DNA from: Pecten maximus
Lineage: Eukaryota
DNA: 64,000 bases
NCBI RefSeq assembly: GCF_902652985.1
Contig: NC_047019.1
Location: forward strand, 38,316,001 to 38,380,000
Reading direction: 5' to 3'
Shown here: piece by piece, positions 28,752 through 40,700 of the stretch
Layout of the letters: each line of letters opens with the position of its first letter
Numbering within the stretch: the stretch's first letter is position 1
Program-made: the position numbers and the translations under genes
Notes under the pieces: model-generated
What the model was told of the DNA's origin: nothing
Seen by the model: only the letters and a program-made list of their open reading frames with translations
Database searches by the model: none

Positions 28752-31700
28752 CTGAAAAAACCCACAAAATCAACTATAACACTCATCAGCAATACAAAAA
28801 CAAACAACAGTTCATATGCATAACTACATTTCACAATATTTGCTATTCTTGTATTTCCTGTCCAATATGTACCTACATATGTATTGTTTGTCCAATATAT
28901 ATCTACATATGTATTTCCTGTCCAAAATGTACCTACATTTGTATTTCCTGTCCAAAATGTACCTACATATGTATTTACCTACATATATATATTTCCTGTT
29001 CAATATATACCTACATATGTATTTCCTGTCCAATATGTACCTACATATGTCTTTCCTGTCCAATATGTACCTACATATGTATTTCTTACCTACATATATA
29101 TTTCCTGTCCAATATATTATACCTACATATGTATTTCCAAACTTACCTCTACCTACACCCAGTAATGTATAATGTTTTGTAAACTATTTATTTTGCAACA
29201 ATTGCGTAACAAGTTATATCAACATATATTAATCACTCTTGATGAAAGCACACGAGGGGTCTTACTATAGAAGGAATCAGGAAATTTGTAAATCAGCACT
29301 CACATTTCTTGACACCAGTAAATAAGTTAACAAGTTTCAAAAAAAAAAGTTACTTGGAGAGTAAAGTGATATGGCATGATATTGGAAATATTTTATCAGT
29401 TACACTGTAGATTCACAACAGCAGTCTAAATCAACATTTGACAAAAACTGGTATGAAGCCCTGATGTGTTTTGGTATATGTACACCTTTCTGTAAATATA
29501 TCTCAGATTAGTTCTAACGCTAGTGCAAAATGAGGGATCTAGCATTTGATTCTGATATATATGTACCTCCTGCATAGAGAGTTCCTGGATACTTTTTATA
29601 CCCCTACCAAAACATAAGGTAAGGTCGTGAAAGTAAACACAGTTATAATACTGTCAAGGAAAAGTCGATCATCTATCATTTAAGCAGAGATTGCATATAA
29701 GATCATACTGAAAGCTTATAAATAAAGAAAATTACTATCTGCTTACTCTTATTCTTCATTTTCCTGCACGGCTTGGTTTTGTTTTTCTCCGGACAGGCGG
29801 GGTTCTGTCCAGGAAGGAGAGGGAAACTGATAACCATTGTGTTTGTCGCCAAGTTACACTCTCCAATTACACGCTTACCATACTGGCACTTCATATTGAC
29901 TGAAACACACCAGAAATGATTTACAAGATTACAGTGCAACAAACAGACCAATCAGAAATGATTTAAAACATTATGTTAAAACAAACAGACCTGCAATCAG
30001 AAATGATTTACAAGATTACAGTACAACAAACAGACCAATCAGAAATGATTTAAAAGATTATGTTAAAACAAAATGACCAATCAGAAATAATTTACAAGAT
30101 AATATTTAAACAAACAGACCAATCATGATACTTTGACACATTCAACTCCTGCAAGGCTTTATATTTTTCCCCCTCACAGTAGTAAATTTTATGTACCTGT
30201 TGAGATTGACACACCTTTGTACAAATGTGATTGTCTACTTTACAACTGGTTAGACTCCTACATCCAGGCAGTAGACAGTTTGATAATTCAGGAAATTGAA
30301 TGGTTCTGGTAAATCCAGGATTACTGGGATATCTCTGATTTAAACATTGAGTGCTTATGTTGAAGCTTACATTTTTTGTCAGTTTTTCACAAAATGTGGT
30401 ATAGTTTTGTAAATTGTCTAATGCCAAGTATTTGACTGCTTGCCTGAAAGCAAATATAGGAACTTTGGGAAAAGAGCAAAACACATATATATACTACAGC
30501 TATAGTCACTTAGACTTGGACTTGGAAAACCTAATGTTTAAGGAGAGTTTGGACTCCTCTGACCTTGAAACTGGCCTTAGGACACAAATGAGCAAATTTG
30601 ATAGCCTGATACCATCAAACTACAATTTAAGTATGAATAATATGACTGACTGAGGATAAAATGATTACCCTAGGACATTGCTCCCTAGTGGTGTCATGGT
30701 AACGAGTGGTGGACACCAGTTTTGTGTTTCTAGTCACCAGTTAAGGACCTATGATTGGTTCATGAGATGCCAAGCAGGCAGGAGTACTGTCAGTGGGTGC
30801 AACAGATAGCATGAGGATATCTTTGAGAAAGTGCAGGTGACCTTGACCTGACCTTGGAAGCTTAAAAAATTGCAATCTTAAATGCATTGCATGAAGTTAA
30901 GTGCTATTGGCCAATATCAACAAATGGCAGAAACAACTTCCTGTTTTTAGCAAAATGGCTTAAACCTTTGAACTTCAAACATTAACTTAAACCTTCAAAC
31001 TTCAAACATAAACTTAAACCTTCGACGTCAAACATTAACTTAAACCTTCAAAGTTCAAACATTAACTTAAACCTTCGACTTCAAACATTAACTTAAACCT
31101 TCGAACTTCAAACATAAACTTAAACCTTCGAACTTCAAACATTAACTTAAACCTTCGACTTCAAACATTAACTTAAACCTTCGAACTTCAAACATAAACT
31201 TAAACCTTCGAACTTCAAACATAAACTTAAACCTTCAACTTCAAACATTAAAAGAACTGTGCACATGCTACACCTGAATAACCAACCTAGGTAGATAACA
31301 GTAACATAGTTACCTTTATTGGGCTTGCACCTTTTCGTTTTGATCTTGAATGGTTCACATTGCTGGTCGGGACCTGGAATCAGTGGTTTTCTGATTTCCA
31401 TCGTCCTGTTTATGGGGTCACATGGCCCAACAATTGCAGCTCCATACTTACATACACCTGTAACCAATAAATGTATTTATCATTAAACACTAATTTACAC
31501 CGTAAGATAGCAAAAGGATATTCACTGCATGGACTATACATACTAACCAAATACATGTATCTGTATATATACTCACAGGAGAAAACCTAAAGGGCGTTTC
31601 AAACTTGATTGACCTTACATTGGACTGGCAGTGTGAAGGCCTATGAGGGAGTTTCAGACTTGACTGACCTTACATTGGACTGGCAGTTGTGAAGGCCTAT

Positions 31701-34700
31701 GAGGGCGTTTCAGACTTGACTGACCTTACATTGGACTGGCAGTTGTGAAGGCCTATGAGGGAGTTCCAGACTTGACTGACCTTACATTGGACTGGCAGTT
31801 GTGAAGGCCTATGAGGGCGTTTCAGACTTGACTGACCTTACATTGGACTGGCAGTTGTGAAGGCCTATGAGGGAGTTTCAGACTTGACTGACCTTACATT
31901 GGACTGGCAGTTGTGAAGGCCTATGAGGGAGTTTCAGACTTGACTGACCTTACATTGGACTAGCAGTGTGAAGGCCTATCAGTCTGTCAGTTTAGAGGTC
32001 AGCTGTGAAGGACTGTATGCTATATTTGACTTGACTATGGACTGACAGTGCAGGGTCTGTGAAGTAATGCATGTTATATTTGACTTGACCTTGGACCGAC
32101 ATCGTGACGTCTGTGAAGGAATGCATGTTATATTTGACTTGACCTTGGACTGACAATGTGGAGTCTGTGAAGGAATGCATGTTATATTTGACTTGACCTT
32201 GGACTGACAGTGTGGGGTCTGTGAAGGAATGCATGATATATTTGACTTGACCTTGGACTGACAATGTGGAGTCTGTGAAGGAATGTAAAGCTCGGAAAAA
32301 GAGTTCCAGGACTGGGCCTAGGACAGATTGTCAGACAGAACAGAATGAAAACTTGGAAAACCTACTACAATCCCTTGTCTGGACTTTTGGTGCACTGCAG
32401 TCTGGTTGATTGTTGGGCTTGGGTTGAAGTGTCCTTGTCTTTGTCCTGGTTACAGGATCACAATCACTCCATCTGGCTTTCTTAGAATATCTACAGCCTG
32501 AAACAAAATACATGGACATTTAATAAAGACACACATGGATATCATTAACTACTCCCTACCATTATAGAATGTCTGTCCTCTATTCCCCTGTCGACCCACC
32601 TACTCCCTACCATTATAGAATGCCTGTCCTCTATTCCCCTGTCGACCCACCTACTCCCTACCATTATAGAATGTCTGTCCTCTATTCCCCTGTCGACCCA
32701 CCTACTCCCTACCATTATAGAATGTCTGTTCTCTATTCCCCTGTCGACCCACCTACTCCCTACCATTATAGAATGTCTGTCCTCTATTCCCCTGTCGACC
32801 CACCTACTCCCTACCATTATAGACTGTCTGTCCTCTATTCCCCTGTCGACCCACCTACTCCCTACCATTATAGAATGTCTGTCCTCTATTCCCCTGTCGA
32901 CCCACCTACTCCCTACCATTATAGAATGTCTGTCCTCTATTCCCCTGTCGTCCCACCTACTCCCTACCATTATAGACTGTCTGTCCTCTATTCCCCTGTC
33001 GTCCCACCTACTCCCTACCATTATAGACTGTCTGTCCTCTATTCCCCTGTCGTCCCACCTACTCCCTACCATTAAAGAATGTCTGTCCTCTATTCCCCTG
33101 TCGTCCCACCTACTCCCTACCATTATAGACTGTCTGTCCTCTATTCCCCTGTCGTCCCACCTACTCCCTACCATTATAGAATGTCTGTTCTCTATTCCCC
33201 TGTCGACCCACCTACTCCCTACCATTATAGAATGTCTGTCCTCTATTCCCCTGTCGACCCACCTACTCCCTACCATTATAGAATGTCTGTCCTCTATTCC
33301 CCTGTCGTCCCACCTACTCCCTACCATTATAGACTGTCTGTCCTCTATTCCTCTGTCGACCCACCTACTCCCTACCATTATAGAATGTCTGTCCTCTATT
33401 CCCCTGTCGACCCACCTACTCCCTACCATTATAGAATGTCTGTCCTCTATTCCCCTGTCGACCCACCTACTCCCTACCATTATAGACTGTCTGTCCTCTA
33501 TTCCCCTGTCGACCCACCTACTCCCTACCATTATAGAATGTCTGTCCTCTATTCCCCTGTCGACCCACCTACTCCCTACCATTATAGAATGTCTCCCTTC
33601 TATTCCCCTGTCGACCCACCTACTCCCTACCATTATAGAATGTCTGTCCTCTATTCCCCTGTCGACCCACCTACTCCCTACCATTATAGAATGCCTGCCC
33701 TCTATTCCCCTGTCGACCCACCTACTCCCTACCATTATAGAATGCCTGCCCTCTATTCCCCTGTCGACCCACCTACTCCCTACCATTATAGAATGTCTGT
33801 CCTCTATTCCCCTGTCGACCCACCTACTCCCTACCATTATAGAATGTCTGTCCTCTATTCCCCTGTCGACCCACCTACTCCCTACCATTATAGAATGTCT
33901 GTCCTCTATTCCCCTGTCGACCCACCTACTCCCTACCATTATAGAATGCCTGTCCTCTATTCCCCTGTCGATACACCTACTCCCTACCATTATAGAATGC
34001 CTGCCCTCTATTCCCCTGTTGACCCACCTACTCCCTACCATTATAGAATGTCTGTCCTCTATTCCTCTGTCAATCCTGCCTACTCCCTACCATTATAGAA
34101 TGTCTGTCCTCTATTCCCCTGTTGACCCACCTACTCCCTACCATTTAGAATGTCTGTCCTCTATTCCTCTGTCAATCCTGCCTACTCCCTACCATTATAG
34201 AATGCCTGTCCTCTATTCCCCTGTCGACCAACCTACTTCCTACCATTATAGAATGTCTGTCCTCTATTCCCCTGTCGACCCACCTACTCCCTACCATTAT
34301 AGAATGCCTGCCCTCTATTCCCCTGTCGACACACCTACTCCCTACCATTATAGAATGTCTGTCCTCTATTCCCCTGTCGACCCACCTACTCCCTACCATT
34401 ATAGAATGCCTATCCTCATTTAAAATTATTATTTGGTACAAAAAGGAACAATCACCAATGCTATTAGCCTATAGTTTATGTTTTGTTCAGAAGCCTGTTA
34501 CATTGTAATATAATCGTAGAAGAAAATGAGAAAACCCCATGTCATCAGATGATTCTGTTGATAACTGCCAAGGGGTTAGCTGGCAGGCACAAGGGGACCA
34601 GTATTTGCTTCGTTGTGTACAGCAAAAACTATGATGCTATTGTTAAACCTGATCTATAGACATTTCAATGTTAAGAATCAATACATCTCCGACTCCTGTG

Positions 34701-37700
34701 TGCAGCAACACTCTGCTGTAGGCAAATTATCCTGCCAGCAGAAAGACTGACAGATCAGCTGGACATCCAATATTATTTTGGCCTTCTGTTATGGATCATC
34801 ATTGTGAATTTGGTTAGCATTTATACAAGAGCCCGTATTTCTATATAATTATGATGACAGAAGACATCTTTGACAATCAATGAGCCTACAACAACAATCA
34901 ATCCATCAGAATGACAGACAGGCTCTAACCACACACAGCCAGATGACAGCATGTAAATACATTACATAATCTGAAGAATGGAAATTACCAACAATTCCTT
35001 GTTCAATTACTTTTTTTCTGTATAATTTTTCATTACTAAGGCATACTATAGAAAGGTTACTGTAGGAAAACCACATGTGGCATTTAGACTGGGAGTTGGA
35101 GGCTACAAGAATGTGAATGAATACGGAATCAGCTGATAATAGCTATAGTTTTATTCCTTCATTTGTCTGCTCTGTAAAATTGAAGACAATTTCTCTTGGA
35201 TATGGTAAGGGACTTGGACTTCATAGGAACCAATCAAATATACTGTAGTCCTCATTTAACAGCTAAGTGCAACAGTGAATATCATTGGTCACTAAGTGCA
35301 ACAGTGAATATCATTGGTCACTAAGTGCAAAAGTGAATATCATTGGTCACTAAGTGCAACAGTTAATACCATTGGTCATTAAGTCCAACAGTAAATATCA
35401 TTGGTCACTAAGTGCAACAGTGAATATCATTGCATGGTCCCTAAGTGCAACAGTTAATATCATTGGTCATTAAGTGCAACAGTGAATATCATTGGTCACT
35501 AAGTGCAACAGTTAATATCATTTTCAAACACATTCAATATCCAACTACAATCTGCAGAAAATATGAATGTGTATAGAAAAAATTGTTCCTTATGATTAAT
35601 GAAGGTGAAATCGAAGTTAAGGGAAAGTCTTCTTCAAATGATTAAGATTTAAATTCAAAATGAGACACGACGAGTCAGAAGTCTTAATCATTTCAGGTTG
35701 GAAGGTAAATCATTGAGAAAGTTTTCAGATGAGGTCATACATTTGACAAACACACAAGGAGCATGTCATTGGTAACTCATGAGCAGAATGTATTTAACAA
35801 ACTCACAAGGAGCATGTCATTGGTAACTCGTGAGCGGAATGTATTTAACAAATTCACAGCTGAGCATGTCATTGGTAACTCGTGAGCGGAATGTATTTAA
35901 TAAACTCACAGCTGAGCATGTCATTGGTTACTCGTGAGCAGAGTGTATGTAACAAACTCACAGCTGAGCATGTCATTGGTAACTCATGAGTGGAATGTAT
36001 TTAACAAACTTACAGTTGAGCATGTCATTGGTAACTCATGAGTGGAATGTATTTAACAAACTCACAGCTGAGCATGTCATTGGTAACTCATGAGCAGAAT
36101 GTATTTAACAAACTCACAGCTGAGCATGTCATTGGTAACTCATGAGTGGAATGTATTTAACAAACTCACAGCTGAGCATGTCATTTGTAACTCGTGAGCA
36201 GAATGCATTTAACAAACACACAAGGAGCATGTCATTGGTAACTCATGAGCAGAATGTATTTAACAAACTCACAGCTGAGCATGTCATTGGTAACTCGTGA
36301 GCGGAATGTATTTAACAAACTCACAGCTGAGCATGTCATTGGTAACTCATGAGCGGAATGTATTTAACAAACACACAAGGAGCATGTCATTGGTAACTCA
36401 TGAGCAGAATGTATTTAACAAACTCACAAGGAGCATGTCATTGGTAACTCATGAGCAGAATGTATTTAACAAACTCACAGCTGAGCATGTCATTGGTAAC
36501 TCATGAGCAGAATGTATTTAACAAACTCACAGCTGAGCATGTCATTGGTAACTCATGAGTGGAATGTATTTAACAAACTCACAGCTGAGCATGTCATTGG
36601 TTACTCGTGAGCAGAATGTATTAAATAAACTCACAGCTGAGCATGTCATTGGTAACTCGTGAACGGAATGTATTTAACAAACTCACAAGGAGCATGTCAT
36701 TGGTAACTCATGAGCAGAATGTATTTAACAAACTCACAAGGAGCATGTCATTGGTAACTCATGAGCAGAATGTATTTAACAAATTCACAAGGAGCATGTC
36801 ATTGGTAACTCATGAGCAGAATGTATGTAATAAACTCACAGCTAAGCATGTCATTGGTAACTCGTGAGCAGAATGTATTTAACAAACTCACAGCTGAGCA
36901 TGTCATTGGTAACTCGTGAGCGGAATGTATTTAACAAACTTACAGCTGAGCATGTCATTGGTAACTCATGAGTAGAAATTGACAAACTCATCAGAATTAG
37001 AAGACTAATGAATAACTAACCAGTAGAAAGTGATGGACAAACTCATTAGGGACATGTTATGGTGTACTGGTGAGCAGCATGTGATCCAGTGATTAGTGAG
37101 GGGAATGTGACCCGTATGTGATCCAGTGGCTGGTGGTGGTGGTTAAAGAGACCTTTCCGTCAGCCTTGGCCTACCATTATACATTCAGTTTCCTGACTTA
37201 ACATTTCACTGCACTGGCTGAATAATCATTCAGCATGTAAAAAACATCTTCAATTTGTGTGGCAAACATTCATCACTTTAAACTATTAGAAAACAAATTA
37301 TAAAAGACGTTCCCTTTTCACAGCAATATTTTTAAACGAATGTCAATTTTAATGTTTGAAGCGCAGTGTGCAGTACCAATTTATCCCTGAAATTAAAGAA
37401 TCCAAGCTTTACAGCCCAATGAGAAATAAATCTATATTAACATGGTAACATTCAGATGAATGGGAATGACATCCATTAAAGAATAGTGTTTACCTGAAAC
37501 TCGGATTTAACATGCAAACTCTGTGAATTATCACGTTACACGTAGAAACACTCGAGACACAGCTATCTCAGATCCATAGTGTATATCATAGAAATGAGAG
37601 GTGGAATCCAGGTGGAATCAATAGGGGCATCGAGGGGGGCATCAAAGGGGCATTGAGGGGGCATCAAGGGGGCATCGAAGGGGCATCAAGTGAGAATCTA

Positions 37701-40700
37701 GGGGGAAGCGAGGGGGAAGTGAGGTTAGGTATTAGGTATAGAGGTGGGGGATGGAGGGGTTAAGTATTAGGTAGAGAGGTGGGGGATGGAGGGGTTAAGT
37801 ATTAGGTATAGAGGTGGGGGATGGAGGGGGTAAGTATTAGGTAGAGAGGTGGGGGATGGAGGGGTTAAGTATTAGGTAGAGAGGTGGGGGATAAGAAGGG
37901 GTTAGTACTTACGGGTCTCGCGGGGTGGGCTGAGGGGTTCCGTCTTAGTCTCGCGGTTGGTGGCTGTGCGGGTCCGTCTTCTGGTCTAGCGTGTGGGGGG
38001 ATGGAGGGGTTAAGTATTAGGTATAGAGGTGAGGGATGGAGGGGTTAAGTATTAGGTATAGAGGTGGGGATGGAGGGTTAGTTATGGTTGAGGTGGGGTG
38101 GGGGTTAAGTATTAGGTATAGAGGTGGGGGATGGAGGGGTTTAAGTATTAGGTATACGACGGTGGGGGCTGTGAGGGTGTTTCGGTCTGATAGGTGGGGG
38201 ATGGGGGTTCGTCTTGGTTAGAGGTGGGGGATGGAGGGGTTAGGTATTAGGTATAGAGGTGGGGGATGGAGGTTTCGTTTGGTATCGAGGTGGGGGTGAG
38301 GGGTTGTTTCGGTCTCGGGTGGGGCTGGGGGGTACGTCTTCGGTCCAGAGTTGTGGGATGGAGGGGTTCGTATTAGGTATAGGGTGGGGGCTGGGGGGTT
38401 AAGTATTCAGGTATCGCGGTGGGGATGGGGGTTACGTCTTAGGTCTGCAGGTGGGGATGGGGGTTCAAGTATTAGGTATAGACGTGGGTGGATGGTAGTA
38501 GTCATTCGGTTAGGGTGGGGTGGAGGGGTTGTATTTAGGTACTAGGGTGGGGATGGCGGGGTTCGTTTCGGTCGGTGTGGGGCTGGCTGGGTTAGTCTTC
38601 GGTTCGGTGCGGTGGGGGCTGGGGGGTTTGTCTTCTGTACGGGGGGGGGCTGGCGGGGTTCGTCTGTCGGTCCGGTGGGGGCTGGCGGGTTCGTCTTCGG
38701 TTAGCGAGTGGGGGCTGGCGGGGTTCGGTCTTGGGTTATCGCGGTGGGGGCTGGCGGGGTTCCGTCTTCGGTCTCCGGTGGGGCTGGCGGGGAGTGTTGG
38801 TTCGGTATCGCGGTGGGGGTGGCGGGGTTCCGTCTTCGGTCGCGACGGTGGGGGTGGCATGGGTTACCGTACTTCGGTATCGCGGTGTGGGATGGGGGGT
38901 TCCGTCTTGGTATCGCGGTGGGGGTGGGGGTTCGAGTTTTGGTTCTGCGGTGGGGGACTGGGGGGTTCGTCTTAGGTTAGAGGTGGGGGATGGAGGGGTT
39001 AAGTATTAGGTATAGAGGTGGGGGATGGAGGGGTTAAGTATTAGGTATAGAGGTGGGGGATGGAGGGGTTAAGTATTAGGTATAGACGGTGGGCTGGATG
39101 GGGTAGTATTAGGTGGGTGTGGGCTGGCGGGGTTTCCGTCTTCAGGTTAGGGTGGGCTGGAGGGGTTCGTATTGGTCTGAGGTGGGGGCTGGACGGGGTT
39201 ACGTCTTCGGTCTGCGGTGGGGGCTGGAGGGGTTACGTATTCGGTTCGGTGGGGGCTGGCGGGGTTCGTCTTCGGTCTCGCGGTGGGGGCTGGGGGGTGG
39301 TACTTGGTAGGCGTGGGGGTGGAGGGGTTAAGTATTAGGTAGAGAGGTGGGGGATGGAGGGGTTAGTCTTCGGTCCCGGGTGGGGGATGGAGGGTTCGTT
39401 CAGGTACAGCGGTGGGGCTGGCGGGGTTCCGTCTTCGGTCTCGGGTGCGGGCTGGCGGGGTTGGTCTTGGGTCTCGACGGTGGGGGTGGCGGTGTTCCGT
39501 TTAGGTCTCGGGTGGGGGCTGGAGGGGGTAGGTCTTACGTCTCGGGTGGGGGATGGAGGGTTCGTCTTCGGTCGGGTGGGGGATGGCTGGGTTCACGTCT
39601 TCGGTTCTAGCGTGGGGTGGCGGGGTTCCGTCTTCGGTCAGCGGTGGGGGATGGCGGGGTTCCGTATTCGGTCGCGCGGTGGGGGATGGAGGGGTTCAGT
39701 TCTTCGTCTGGCGTGGGGTGGCGGGGTCGTTTCGGTCTCGGGTGGGGGTGGGGGGTCTCGTCTTGGTTCGCGGTTGGGGCTGCGGGGTAGTATTGGTTGC
39801 GGTGGGGGTGGCGGGGTTCCGTCTTCGGTACTTGGTGGGGGCTGGGGGTTCGTCTTGGTCTCGGGTGGGGGCTGGCGGGTTCCGTCTTGGTCAGAGGTGG
39901 GGGTGCGGGGTTAAGTCTTGTCTCGCGGTGGGGCTGGCGGGGTTAGTCTTCGGTTCGCGGTGGGGGCTGGCGGGTTCCGTCATTCGGTTCGGGTGGGGGC
40001 TGCGGGGTTCCGTCTTCGGTTCGTGGCGGTGGGGCTGGGGGGTTCGTCTTCGGTCTAGCGGTGGGGGCTGGTGGGTTCCGTCTTCGGTCTCGGGTGGGGG
40101 CTGGCGGGGTTCCTCTACGTATCGCGCTGGGGGCTGGAGGGGTTCACGTCTTAGCCTTGCGGTGGGGCTGGCGGGGTTCGGTCTTGGGTTTGGGTGGGGG
40201 CTGGGGGGTTCCGTCTTCGTGCGGTGGGGATGGCGGGGTTGATGGTCTTCGGTTCGCGTGGGGGCTGGCGTGGGTTCCGTCTTCGGTTAGCGGGTTGGGG
40301 CTGGCGGGGTTCCGTCTTCGTTCGGGTGGGGGCTGGCGGGGTCTTTCGGTCTCGAGGTGGGGGTGGCGGGGTTAGGTCTTCGGTTCGCGTGGGGGCTGGG
40401 GGTTTCGTCTTCGGTCGCGGGTTGGGGCTGGAGGGGTTGTCTTAGGTCTCGCGGTGGGGGCTGGCGGGGTTCGTCTTCGGTCTAGCGGTGGGGGTGGCGG
40501 GGTTTGGTCTTGGTCTGCGCTGGCGGGGCTGGCGGGGTTCCGTCTTCGGTCGGCGCGGTTGGGGCATGGCGGGGTTCCGTATTCGGTCTCGCGGTTGGGG
40601 GCTGGGCGGGGATTCCGATCTTACGGTCCGGCGGTGCGGGCTGGCGGGGTTCCGTCTTCGGTACTCGCGGTGGGGGCTATGCGGGGTTCGTCTTAGGTCT

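Noticed and set aside
28502-29182. 226-aa plus-strand ORF
   Set aside because: It is the antisense shadow of the Lys-rich last exon plus an intronic 30-bp repeat.
32545-34098. 498-aa and 339-aa ORFs of 17-aa repeats
   Set aside because: They are translations of a 51-bp minisatellite, open on both strands, lying inside an intron and with no unique domain.
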